Source: Mobula hypostoma (taxonomy: Eukaryota). Taken from it: a stretch of DNA of 64,000 bases. Of this stretch, positions 37,751-49,783 are shown piece after piece (position 1 is the first letter of the stretch; every line of letters starts with the position of its first letter). The notes under the pieces are model-generated. The model was not told where the DNA came from, made no database searches, and worked only from the letters and a program-made list of their open reading frames with translations. The stretch is from assembly GCF_963921235.1 (NCBI RefSeq), contig NC_086108.1, forward strand, positions 112,470,001 to 112,534,000, given 5' to 3'. The position numbers and the translations under genes are program-made.

Positions 37751-38569
37751 TTTGGAATTCCTGGAGACACGAGAGACTGCAAACACTGGAATGTAGAGCA
37801 ACACACAATCAGCCAGTCGAGCAACCCCTGGGTGAGGGGAGGAGCTGCTAATGTTTTGGGTTGAGACTCTGAACTGTGACCCCACAAGACACATCAGGCT
37901 GTCATCTCTCGCAGCACCACAGATCTTTACACGTCAGGTGACTCTCCCCTCCGAAACCCCACTTTCGTCTCCAACACAAGACCCCAGGTACAGGGTTCTG
38001 CACTGAACCTTCTTCATTCCCTTCCCCTCCCCGTGCATTCTGCTTGGGTCTCTGAGGTTCTCCCACATATTGTTTACAATTCCCATTTGATAAGCACTAA
38101 GATGACACCAAATGGCTGCCTCTTTGAGCTCATCTGTGAAGCAGTTTAAACTCCTCTCTTTAAGTGTCTCTTCTTTCCTTTTCAAGGTGGCTGGGGTTCA
38201 GTCAGAGGTCCCTGATCTGTAACGACACTTGAACTACGGTTTTTTACAGTGATGAATTCCCATTCTTGGAGCTCACCGACCAAACGGCCGTTTTCCGCCA
38301 TTCTCCCTGCGGACAACAGATTCCATGGTGGTGCTGCTGACTGAGGAACATCCGGATTTTGCAACAGGCAGAGGTCTCTGTAGTCGAGTGATCGTGCTCC
38401 TCTCAATGGTGGTGGGGAGGAGTGGGGGAAAAGATTTTGCTGCCAATTCCGGAGTCGGAGAATTTTGAAATGAAAAGCAACCCAGCAGACTAACATTGTA
38501 ACAGTGACTGTTGTTTTATTCCCCCATTTGTTGTGAAATGGGTGATATCTCTCTGTCCCTTGTTAGTCC

Positions 38570-38712
38570 GAGAGAGAGAGAGACACACACACAGGCAGAC
38601 AGAGAGAGAGAGACACACACACACAGACAGAGAGAGAGAGAGAGAGACACACACACAGACACAGATGGACAGAGAGAGAGAGAGAGACACACATAGACAC
38701 CGAGAGAGACAC
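38570..38712. repeat. Compound (GA)n/(CA)n microsatellite
   Basis: Alternating AG and AC dinucleotide runs. Confidence 0.9.
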
Positions 38713-39041
38713 CCAGAGGGTTCTGTTTCTCGCTGATGTCTGTGAAGAGTGAGAATTTCCAGTTACATTCTCTGATCATAAATGGAACCACCTGAACCAC
38801 TTGAAGCTCAAAGCCTCACCCTCAGCCCTGTGGGGAGGACTGGGGCCTCTTTCAAAGAGGGACACCACCACCCCACGTTCCCCACTGGGCCGCACACCCC
38901 GCTGGCAGGGGCAAGTGTCACTTTTTTTTCACCTTCACTGGGTCTAAACGCTGGAAATTGCTCCCCAAAGACTACAGCAGTTTCTGAAGGCGGCTCATCC
39001 CTCCTCCCTCCCCACATGGTCCTGATGATAGTACACATGGC

Positions 39042-39796
39042 AGACAGTCGTAGTAACCCGGGACAGTGACCTCAGTGACCCCAGTCTGTGGTAGTAACCC
39101 AGGACAGTGACCTCAGACTGTCGTAGTAACCCGGGAGAGTGACCTCAGTGACCTCAGTCTGTGGTAGTAACCCGGGACAGTGACCTCAGTGACCTCAGTC
39201 TGTGGTAGTAACCCAGGACAGTGACCTCAGTGACCCCAGTCGTAGTAACCCAGGGGGGTGACCTCAGTGACCCCAGACTGTCGTAGTAAACCAGGAGAGT
39301 GACCTCAGTGACCTCAGACTGTCGTAGTAACCTGGGAGAGTGACCTCAGTGACCTCAGACTGTCGTAGTAACCCAGGACAGTGACCTCAGACTGTGGTAG
39401 TAACCCGGGAGAGTGACCTCAGTGACCTCAGACTGTTGTAGTGACCCAGGACAGTGACCTCAGTGACCCCAGTCGTAGTAACCCAGGGGAGTGACCTCAG
39501 TGACCCCAGACTGTCGTAGTAAACCAGGAGAGTGACCTCAGACTGTGGTAGTAACCCGAGAGAGTGACCTCAGACTATTGTAGTGACCCAGGACAGTGAC
39601 CTCAGTGACCCCAGTCGTAGTAACCCAGGGGAGTGACCTCAGTAACCCCAGACTGTCGTAGTAAACCAGGAGAGTGACCTCAGTGACCTCAGACTGTGGT
39701 AGTAATCTGGGAGAGTGACCTCAGACTGTCATGGTAACCCGGGAGAGTGACCTCAGTGACCCCAGTCGTAGTAACCCAGGAGAGTGACCTCAGTGC
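39042..39796. repeat. Minisatellite, ~32-41-bp units, rich in TGACCT-CAG-TGACC(T/C)
   Basis: Unit gtagtaacccaggacagtgacctcagtgacctcagactgtc with indel variants, roughly 20 copies. Confidence 0.93.
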
Positions 39797-39859
39797 ATCT
39801 CGTAGATGGTGCACACTGCAGCCACAGTGCACTGGTGGGGAGGGATGAAACTCTGGGCT

Positions 39860-40340
39860 TGTGAACGATCAAGCAGGCTTAACTCTTACGCTCGTACTTT
39901 GATGGCTCTGGGCCTGTACTTGCTGGAGTTTAGAAGAATCGGGGGGGGGGGGCGCCACAGTCTCATTGAAACCTATCGAATATTGAAAGGCTAGATAGAG
40001 TAGATGTGGAGAGGTTGTTTCTTATAGTGGGGGAGCCTAGGACCAGAGGGCACCGCCTCAGAATGGAAGGACATCCATTTAGAACAGAGATGAGGAGGAA
40101 TTTCTTTAGCCAGAGGCTGGTAAATCTGTGGAATTCACTGCCACAGGTGGCTGTGGAGGCGAAGTGACTGGATACATTTAAAGCAGAGGTTGATAGGTTC
40201 TTGATTAATCAGGGCGTCAAAGGTTACAGGAAGAAGGCAGGAGAATGGGGTTAAGAGGGATAATAAATCAGCCATAATGAATGTCAGATCAGACTCGATG
40301 GGCTGAATGGCCTAATTCTGCTCCTTTGTCTTATGGTCTC
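39860..40340 (+). mobile_element. CR1 3' fragment, antisense to BCL10 and downstream of its stop
   Basis: LMALGLYLLEFRR..LIETYRILKG, and the CR1 3' UTR aataaatcagccat...gcctaattctgctcct. Confidence 0.85.
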
Positions 40341-40750
40341 TTTGTCCTGGACAGTAGAGTTTCTTGAGTACAGTTGATGCTGAGGTGACCAAGTGAGATG
40401 GCGAACAGTTACTCACACCCCAGAGACTTGTGGATGACGGAGAGACATTGTGATGAGGAAACGCTAACCACAGGCACTCATCTGCTCCCAAAGACCCAGG
40501 TGCTTCCGAGCAACGTTGAGCCGTCCTTGCCAGGACGGTGTAGATAGGCAGCACCAACCGCAGTCGTTGGCCCTCAGTAAAACCAAAATCCCAAAGAAGA
40601 AAGAAAGAAATTGTGTGGTTCTGAACCAGAATATAACAAAGATACAGAGAATGCCACGAGAATTCAAACCACGTAACCTCACTCCTCCATTCCCCCACAA
40701 TGCACCGCAGACCTTCGAAAGACCTCTGCTCTTGTCGGGGCCGTGACGGG

Positions 40751-41121
40751 TCATGGGGAGCGGGACCGCAGGGGCAAGAATTCGGAGTCACTGGGACTGC
40801 TGGAGGATCCCGTGGATTCGGTCTGGAGTTTGGGGGGGAGAGGTGGAGCTCCGGGCTCTCCTGGTCTGGGCAGAGTCAATGTCGTGGCCATGGTCTCCAA
40901 GTTGCTCATGACTGCAGTGTTCTCCAACGACGAGGTGGACTGTAGCTCCAGAGGGGAGAGGAGGGGCGAGGCAGACGGCTCAGGACTGAACTCCCCCTCT
41001 GGGTGACACAGAATGTTCACCTCCATCCCCTTCAAACTATTGGAGTCAGTTGAGCAGAACCTGGAGAGGTTGTTTCTTTTGGACACGTCTTCCGCTGGGT
41101 CATAGCTGCTCGAGAAGACTC
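40751..41121 (-). CDS. BCL10: BCL10 terminal coding exon (Ser/Thr-rich C-terminal region, includes TGA)
   Basis: Acceptor cccctttcgttgcag|GA fits phase 1 of exon 2. Contains NNLSR, HPEGE, TLPRPGEPGAPPLPP and FLPLRSR, all characteristic of the BCL10 C-terminus. Same frame as ORF 40751..41155. Confidence 0.94.
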
Positions 41122-41557
41122 CTGCAACGAAAGGGGATAAAACCAGTGTCAGCAAACACGTGCCACGGGGTTAGAACGCTTGCAAACATTCTCAAATTGG
41201 TGGAGTTGTGGATAGTGAGGACAAGATAGTCAACGGACACATCAAGACGTAGATCAACTGGAGATCTGGGCGGAGGAATGGCAGGCGGCCTTTAATCCAT
41301 TCTCATGCGAGTTGCTGCACTCTGGGAAGACTAATGGAAGAGGAAGGGAAACAGTATGCAAAGGGTTGTCTTGTATTGCTAGTACCGGAGGGCATCATTC
41401 GAAGGTGATTGGAAGCAAGTATAGGGGGCGGATGTCAGAGGTAGAGGCAGATACATTAGGGACATTTGAGAGACTGTTAGATAAGCACATGGATAATTGA
41501 AAAAATGGGGGCTATGTGGGGGGGAAAGGGTTAGATTAAGATTAGAGTAGGTTCAAG

Positions 41558-42078
41558 CAGACATCTCACCTCTCCCGGACGTTCCAGGAGTCTCCTGCAT
41601 ATTAATAGTGGCTCCCTGATGCCCGCAAATTATATACAATATCACAGAAATCAAATTTTTTGAGAGCGAGTGAGAGAAAGCAAGAGAGAGCACGCGAGTG
41701 ACCACGAGAGAGAGGGAGAGAGCGCGAGAGAGAGCGCGCCATGGCAGAGTGTTCCAAAAAAATATAAAACATACGTCACCCCAGACTACACTAAAGTGTA
41801 CCCCTGCCTAATAGGGGTCAAAATAATGACAGTGTTGCTCGCTGCACTGTTTGCAACAGTGACTTTTCTATTGCCCATGGTGGGTTAAGACTGTAAAAGA
41901 CAGGTTGAGGTGAGTTTAACAGGTGTCATTCATTCATTGGCATAGCTAACGTTATTTAAACTAGCTGGCTAGCTGCTAAGGAGCTACTCTATTGCAGACA
42001 TCCCACCTCTCCCAGAAGTCTCCCACAAATTGATGGTGCTACCTCCCTGAAATGAGTTTTTGCAGGGCGGGATGTCTG
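41558..42078. mobile_element. hAT-type MITE in BCL10 intron 2
   Basis: TIRs cagacatctcacc / ggcgggatgtctg. Degenerate TSD gttcaag / gttaaag. Interrupts a CR1 3' UTR. Confidence 0.65.
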
Positions 42079-43164
42079 TTAAAGGATCAGCACAATGCTG
42101 TGGGACGAAGAGCCTGTGAAGTTCTATGTTCTAAATTGCAAGACCTTAAGGAGCACTAATGTACAGAGGGATCTTGGAGTGCAAATCCACTGCTCCCTGT
42201 AAGTACCTACACAAATCGATACGGTGGTAAAGCAAGTTGCCTTCATCAGTCAGGGCATTGGGAACAAGAGTCAGGGAGTCCCGTTGCAGCCGTATCACAC
42301 ACTAGTCGGACCACACTTGGGAGTACCGGGTGTGGTTCTGGTCACCACATTACAGGAAGGATGTCGAGGCTTTGGGGAGGGTGCAGAGGAGGTTCACCAG
42401 GACGCTGCCTGGATCAGAGAGGTTGGACAAACTTGAGTTGTTTTCTCTGGAGCGCCGGAGGCCGAGGGGAGATCTGATTGAGGTTTATAAGATCACGAGA
42501 GGCATGCATAACAGGAGACAGAAATAACCTTTTTCCCCCCCAGGGTTGAAGTATCAAATACCAAAGGACATTGGGTTTAAGGTAAGGGGGGGGGGAGTTG
42601 GTTAAAGGAGATGTGTGGGGCAGCTGCTTTTACACAGAGAGTGGTGGCTGCCCAGTACAGATACGAAAGTGCTGTTTAAAGGGTTGTCCTTTTACAGGGT
42701 CAGTAGCGGAAAGGGTGATGAACTTCAGGTTTCTGGGTGTCAACATCTTTGAAGATCTATTCTGGGCACAAGTTACTGATACAATCATGAAGACACGCCA
42801 GCACAACTAGATTTCATTAGGAGTTTGAAGAGATTTGGTACGTCACCAAAGAGTCTTACAAATAGTGCCATGGTGAGCATTCTGACTGGCTGCATCACCC
42901 CTGATGTGGAGGATCCCATGCACAGAGTGACAAGCGGCTGACGTGGGAGGAAACCGGGGCACCCAGAGGAAACCCATGTAGCCACAGGGAGAATGGACAA
43001 ACCCTTTACAGAGAGCAGCAGGAATTGAACCAGGATCTCCTGCATACGAAAGCGGTGTACTACTGCTCTGTCCCACACATGCTGTATGACTTGCTTTTGA
43101 GAGGAAAAGAAAGCTCTCACAACACAAAGAGATTTGGTTGCATCAGCAACGAACAGGAGCAAGG

Positions 43165-44335
43165 GTAAGGTGGGGATTTCCCGGTGGCCAACCATTTCAA
43201 TTCGTATCCCTGTTCCCGTTCCAACAAGTTGAGTCATGGCCTCTTCTGCCATGATGAGGCCACTCTCAGGTTGGAGAAGCAACATCTCAAATTCCTTCCG
43301 GGTAGCCTCCAACATGATGTCATGGAGATTGATTTCCCAGCTTCTGGTCATTTTAATCCCCTCCCCCTTCCCTCTTCTTCTATTCCCAACTCTGGCCTCT
43401 TACCTCTTCTCCTCACCTGCCCATCACCTCCCCCCCACTGCTGCCTATCACCTCCCCCGGTGCCCATCACCTCCCCCCCACCGCTGCCTATCACCTCCCC
43501 CGGTGCCCATCACCTCCCCCACACCGCTGCCTATCACCTCCCCCGGTGCCCATCACCTCCCCCCCACTGCTGCCTATCACCTCCCCCGGTGCCCATCACC
43601 TCCCCCCCACTGCTGCCTATCACCTCCCCCCCCCCACCGCTGCCTATCACCTCCCCCGGTGCCTATCACCTTCCCCCCCCACCGCTGCCTATCACCTCCC
43701 CCGGTGCCCATCACCTCCCCCCCACCGCTGCCTATCACCTCCCCCGGTGCCCATCACCTCCCCCACACCGCTGCCTATCACCTCCCCCGGTGCCCATCAC
43801 CTCCCCCCCACTGCTGCCTATCACCTCCCCCGGTGCCCATCACCTCCCCCCCACTGCTGCCTATCACCTCCCCCGGTGCCCATCACCTTCCCCCCCCACC
43901 GCTGCCTATCACCTCCCCCCCCACCGCTGCCTATCTCCCCCCCCCACCGCTGCCTATCACCTCCCCCGGTGCCCATCACCTCCCCCCCACTGCTGCCTAT
44001 CACCTCCCCCCCCACCGCTGCCTATCTCCCCCCCCCCACCGCTGCCTATCACCTCCCCCCCGGTAACTATCACCTCCCCCCAGTGCTACTCCTCTTTCCC
44101 TTTCTCTCATGGTCAACTCTCCCCTCCTATCAGATTTCTTCTTCTTCAGCCCTTTACCTTTTCCACCTATCATCTCCCAGCTTCTTACTGCACGCCCCGG
44201 TGTCACATTATCAATTGTCAGCTTGTCCTCCTTCCCTCTTCCTTCCCAGTCCTGATGAAGGGTTTCAGCCTGATATCATTTCCGTAGATGCTGCCTGACC
44301 TGCTGAGTTCCTCCAGCATTTTCTGTGTGTGTTAC
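43165..44335 (+). mobile_element. Old PLE 3' end with pseudo-LTR, internally expanded into a C-rich tandem repeat (43415-44085)
   Basis: PVANHFNS..GLFCHDEATLRLEKQHLKF. About 41-bp unit cctatcacctcccccggtgcccatcacctccccccaccgctg. Decayed hammerhead at ~44247. Confidence 0.85.
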
Positions 44336-44589
44336 ACTCCCAGGAGACACAGCAATCCCATGGCAAGAATGTGGAACTGACCATCAAACACTGCAGATCC
44401 GTCAGGAGCTCAGCGACTGTTTGTCAGTATGAGTAGACTTTACTCATCTGACTGACTGGCCAAGGCCTAGGGAGCCAGAAACCCATTTAAACAATTAATG
44501 TAGTGGGGGGGGGGAGAGGAAGTAGCAGAAATTTCCAGGTCAGCAGCACAGAAACTGCAGAGCCATGTCCTTTGCTTGTAAAACTATGG

Positions 44590-45490
44590 GAGGCATAGAT
44601 ACAGTGGTCAGAATCATTTACCCAGGGTTGAAATGCCGAATACCAAAGGGCAGAGATTTAAAGTGAGATGGGGAAAGTTTAAAGTGATGTGTGGGGCTTA
44701 TCAACAGAGAGTGGTTGGGGCCTGTACCCGCTGGAGTTTAGAAAGAATGGGGAGGATCTCATTGAAAACTTTCAAATATTGGAAGGCCTAGACAGAGTGG
44801 ATATGGAGAGGATGTTTCCTATAGTGGGAGACTCTCGGATCAGAGGGCACGCCCTCAGATTAGAGGGCTGTCAATTTAGAACAAAGATGAGGAAGAATTT
44901 CTTTAACCAGAGGGTGGTGAATCTGAAATTCATCGACACTGATGGCAGTGGAGGCCAAGTCACTGGGTGTATTTAAAGCTGAGGTTAATAGGGTCTTGCT
45001 TAGTCAGGGCGTCAAAAGTTTCGGGGAGAAGACAGCAGAATGGAGTTGAGAGGATAATAAATCAGCCATGATCGATGGCGAAGCAGACTCGACGGGCCGA
45101 ATGGCCTTATTCTGCTCCTGTGCCTTGTGCTGTTATGGACCAGAATGGGCTGCCAGGATTATCTGTGGAATTTGTTGCCACGAGCGGCTGTGGAGGCCAA
45201 GTCATTGGGGGCATTTAAGGCAGAGATATTTTGATTAGCCAGGGCATCAAAGGTTATGGGGTGAAGGCAGGGGAGTGGGGATGACTGGAAGAATTGGATC
45301 AGCCCATGATTGAATGGCGGAGCAGACTCGATGGGCCGAATGGCCTACTTCTGCTCCTGTATCTTATGGTCTTACGGAGTGTATAGTGTAGAATATCAGG
45401 AGAGGTTGGACAAAGTTGGGCTGTTTTCTGTGGAGCACTGCAGGCTGAGGGGAGATCTGATAGAGGTTTGTATGATTACGAGAGGCACAA
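44590..45490 (+). mobile_element. Several juxtaposed CR1 3' fragments
   Basis: ORF 44689..44976 (RTKMRKNFFNQRVVNL) and ORF 45310..45576 (RLRGDLIEV). Repeated CR1 tails. Confidence 0.8.
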
Positions 45491-47428
45491 ATAAGTCAGG
45501 TAGCAAGATGAGTTTTATTTGTCAGCTCTACACAGTGAAATGTGTCATTTGCATCAACAATAAACACAGTCAGTAGATGTGCTGGGGGGTGGGGGGCAGC
45601 CTGCAAATGTCACCACACTTCCAACGCCGACAGATTACTAAACCCCAATGTTGAACACCCCTGGAATATGGGAGGAAACTGGAGCACCCGGAGGAAACCT
45701 ACGCAGTCATGGAGAGAACACGGGTGCCATGTAGCGTAGCAGTTAGCGTGACGCTGTTACAGGTCGGGGTGTCAGAGTTCAGAGTTCAATCCCGGCTTCC
45801 CCTGAAAGGAGCGACTGTATGTCCTCCCTGTGGAATGTGTGGGTTTTCCATGGGTCCTCCAGTTTCCTGTCACAGTCCAAATCCACAGCGGCTCGGTGAA
45901 TTGGTCATTGTAAAGTGTCCTGTGGTTAGGCAGGGGTTAATCAGGTTTGCTGGGGGTGTGGTTCAAAGGGGTGATAGGACCTTTTCCGTGCCTTATTGGT
46001 AAATTTATAAATAAATAACGCTCAAACTCCTTGCAGACCATTTCAGGAATTAAACCTCACTGGCACTGTGAAGCATTGTACTGAACACTACACTGTGCCC
46101 CTAAGTGCGGCAGAGTTTGTATTCAAAGCAAGTGCAGGAAATGTGAAAAGGCTATTTTTACCCAGGGTGTGGTGGACGCCTGGAACTGGGGTGCTGGTGC
46201 AACTAGATACCACAGAGGCATTTAAGAGTCTTTTCGGCAGACACACGACAGGCAGAAAATGGAGGGGGATACAGACCACGTGCAGGCTGGTGGGATTCGT
46301 TAGTTTAGCATCACACAGCGTGGGCTGAAGAGCCTAGGGTTAGGGGTCTGTCTGTCTGTGAGAGTATGTTGTGTGTGTGAGTGTGAGTGTTTGTGTTGTA
46401 TGTGTGTGCTTGTGTGTGTGTGGTTGTGTCTCTGTGAGTGTGTTGTGTGTGTGGGAGAAAAGGGGACTGTTTTGCTGTTGTTCGTGTAGTTCCACCAAGC
46501 AATGTGGGGTAGGCTATGTTGGTGGTGGAATGTGAGGTGACATTGTGGGCTAAACGACATACTTCACTGTGTGTTCCCATGTGTGTGTGATAAGTGAACA
46601 ATCTGAGTCTGACCTGTTCCTGTTCTCTTTTATATTTTATTTTATTAACTCGCTGTGGCACTGGTGCAGGAGGTGCAGGAGCTCAAAGATTCAGGAACAG
46701 CTTCTCCCCCTCAGCCATCACACTTTTGAATGGTCCATGAGCCCATGAACGTGACCTTGGTATCCCTCTTTTACAGTATTTATTTATATACAGTACATGC
46801 AAAATCCTTAGAGTCAAAGTACAGCACAGAAACAGGCCCTTCAGCCCATCTGGTCCATGCCAAACCTTTTCAACTGCCTGCTCCCATCAACCTGCACTGG
46901 GGCCATAGACCTGCATACCCCTCCCACCCATGTACCTATCCAAACTTTGAAATCAAACTCGCATGCACCCCTCATTCAACACCCTCATGACATATAAATC
47001 AGGGTGCCCTAATACCTTTGCACAACGCTATTTGTCATTGTGGACTAGAGAGTGAATTTGTAAATCTGGCGAGAGGAAAGGATGTTAAGAATGGTGAGGG
47101 TGGAGTGCCGTGGCGGGGTGGGGGGGTGGTGGGACAGGTGGCAGAGGAGTGCCGGGGCCAGGGGGAGGCACAGTTGCAAACACACCCAGCCCTGAGACAC
47201 CAGGCAAAGTCATTCGGTTTATGGATCATTACAGAATGTCTCTCTGGTGCTTCCCACTTCCTCCCATCTCGCTTCCCCTTTTCCTAACCGTGATTTGCCT
47301 CTCCCTTCCCCCTTCCCACCTTCAGTCCAGAATAGAGACCCGTATCAGAATCAGGTTTATCACTCACGTATGTCATAAAACTTGTTTTGTTTAGCAGCAG
47401 CAGTACAGTGCAATACATAAAATTACTA

Positions 47429-47504
47429 CAGTACTGTGCAAACGTATTAGGCACATAGTGGATATCTATAGTAGCTCAGTCAGCTGAGCCTTTGCACAGT
47501 ACTG
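47429..47504. mobile_element. 76-bp Tc1/mariner-type MITE
   Basis: TA|cagtactgtgcaaa ... tttgcacagtactg|TA: perfect 14-bp TIRs and TA TSD. Confidence 0.75.
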
Positions 47505-47635
47505 TAACTTTTGGAACACACTGTAATTTTCATGTCTTTACTTTGTCCTGCTGCTTCACAGTGTATGCCAGTGTTAACAGAGTAGATTCTGACCAACCCT
47601 ACCAATGCCAGAGAGAACGAGGTCGAGTAATTTAC

Positions 47636-47921
47636 CTTTCTGGAATAGTTTCTCGTTTTTGATTTTCTGAACTTCATCTGTTATCTTCTGCACCAGGAAG
47701 TTCTGTGTTCCTTCCCTTCGGATGGAACAGATGAGAGTGTCCAGGCCCTTGGGGTTCTCTGTGAGATGGTCCAGCAGCTTTCCTGCCTTCCGCCTGCTCG
47801 ATACCTGGAAAGAGATCTCCTCTGTGTCCTCCTTGCACAGGATCTTCTTTGCTCGCAGGTAATCGAAATGCCGTTCGGCGATGAGCTTATCGCACAGGTA
47901 GGGGCGGAGTTTCTCGAGGGT
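47636..47921 (-). CDS. BCL10: B-cell lymphoma/leukemia 10, coding exon 2 (CARD domain, 286 nt)
   Basis: Not in the ORF track because there is no start codon. Acceptor ccttgtgtttgtag|, then TLEKLRPYLCDKLIAERHFDYLRAKKILCKEDTEEISFQVSSRRKAGKLLDHLTENPKGLDTLICSIRREGTQNFLVQKITDEVQKIKNEKLFQK+G, then donor |GTAAAT. Closely matches the BCL10 CARD (IAERHFDHLRAKKILSREDTEEISC...ENPKGLDTL). Confidence 0.96.
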
Positions 47922-48322
47922 CTACAAACACAAGGTTCACTCGTGAATACACACAGTTCTCGCTCCTGAACACTGTGACCCATTTTTATGCATGCACGTT
48001 TATGGCGGCAGCTTCTGGAAACCTTCACTAGTACCAGAACAAAAAAAATGCACCACCAGAGGAGGCCACTCAGCCCCTCGGACCTATCCCAGCATTCAGT
48101 GTGACCATGACTAATCTACCCCAGGACACACCTCCCTTTATGAACCAGTTCTCCATCGCCCTCAGTCCCCGATCTGTCCAACACTTTTTAAACCACCAAA
48201 GCCCCAGTGATCCAATCTCCACACCCTCTGGGGTGGAGAATTCCGGATATTCCCCTTGCCTCTGACCGAAGAAGAGCATTACAGCCTACGATGTTGTGCC
48301 AACCTTTTAACCTACTCCGAAA

Positions 48323-48628
48323 GGGCGTAGTGGTGTAGTGGTTAGCACAACGCTTTACAGTACAGATGACTCGGGTTCAATTCCCACCACTGCCTGTAAG
48401 GAGTTTATACGTTCTCTCTCCGTGACCGCGTGGGTTTCCTCCGGGTGCTCTGGTTTCCTCCCACAGTCCAAAGACATACCAGTTGGTAGGTGAATTGGTC
48501 TTTGTAAATTGTCCTGTGATTGGGCTAAGGTTAAATCGGGGGGGGGGGGGAGGGGAGGGGTTGTTGCTGGGTGACATGGCTCGAAGGCCCAGAGGGCCTG
48601 TTCTGCACTTTATTTATCTCAATAAATA
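48323..48628 (+). mobile_element. V-SINE (HE1-like), well-preserved copy
   Basis: gggcgtagtggtgtagtggttagc (box A-like), gggttcaattcc (box B), V-core and an aataaat tail. Confidence 0.85.
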
Positions 48629-49320
48629 CAGGAAGATCAATTTCATCCTTCCCTCTCACATAATCTTCCATTTCTATCATCTGTGTGCCTATAGGAGTCT
48701 CTTAAATGCCTCCTCCCTCTGTTACTTTACACTCCCTAGAGCCTTACCATTCATAGCATAGGTCCAATGCTGGTGTGACTGCATCACCTCACACTTAACC
48801 TGTGTTGGAATCCATTTGCCATTTCCCTCACTGATCGAGATCCCCCTGTAATCTACAATAACCTTCTTCACTATTAACGCTGCCTAATTCCATATCATCC
48901 ACAAACTTTTTGACCAAGCCTTGTACATTCGCATCCATAACACTGGTATAAATGACAAAGATCCCATTCGACCATAAGCCATTGGAGCACAATTAGGCCA
49001 TTCAGCACATGGCGTCTGCTCCATCACTCCATTATGGCTGATTTATTTTCCCTCCGAACTCCACTCCCCTGCCTTCTCCCCTTAACCTTTGACGCCCTGA
49101 CTGATCACGAACCAATCAATCCCCACTTTAAATATACCCATTTATTTGGCCTTCACAGCTGTCTGTGGTAATGACTTTGGCTAAAGAAATTCCTCCTCAT
49201 CTCTGTTCCCTGTTCTAACAGAACATCCCTCTATTCTGAGACTGTGTCCTCTAGTCCTAGACCCTCCAACTAATGAATATATTCTCTCCAAGTTCATCCT
49301 ATCATGATTTTCAACTAGGG

Positions 49321-49783
49321 CAACACTCACAACACGCTGGAGCAACTCAGCAGGTCGGGCAGCATCCGCAGAAAAGATCAGTCAACGTTTCGGGCCGGAA
49401 CCCTTCGTCAGGACTGTAGAGGGAAGGAGCAGAGGCTCTATAAAGAAGGTGGGGGGAGGGTGGGAAGGAGAAGGCTGGTAGGTTCCAGTGAAAAACAGTA
49501 AGGGGAACGATAAAGGGGTGGGAGAGGGGAAGCAGGGAGGTGATAGGCAGGAAAGGTGAAGAAGGAATAGGGGAAAACACAATGGGTAGTAGAAGGAGGT
49601 GGAACCATGAGGGAGGTGATAGGCAGCTGGGGAGGGGGCAGAGAGACATAGGGATAGGGGAAGGGAGGGGGAGGGAATTACCGGAAGTTAGAGAATTCTG
49701 TGTTCATACCAAGGGGCTGGAGACTACCTAGACGGTATATGAGGTGTTGCTCCTCCAACCTGAGTTTAGCCTCATCATGGCAG
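49321..49783 (-). mobile_element. PLE 3' end (pseudo-LTR) insertion
   Basis: 10-bp TSD tcaactaggg at 49311-49320 and 49784-49793. pLTR with hammerhead motif and the last codons of the GIY-YIG ORF. Confidence 0.85.
49379..49416 (-). ncRNA. Minimal type I hammerhead ribozyme motif in a PLE pseudo-LTR
   Basis: CAGUC-CUGACGA-AGGGUUCCGGCCC-GAAAC-GUU-GACUG: 5-bp stem I, both core boxes, NUH triplet, and a loopless ACGU stem III. Confidence 0.7.

Noticed and set aside
43184..44298. Long Pro-rich ORFs (367, 276 and 250 aa), extensin-like
   Set aside because: Open in all three frames because the C-rich tandem repeat lacks stops. Embedded in a PLE remnant.
47681..48028. 115-aa minus-strand ORF as the gene product
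   Set aside because: Wrong frame. The overlapping ATG-less frame encodes the BCL10 CARD with canonical splice sites.
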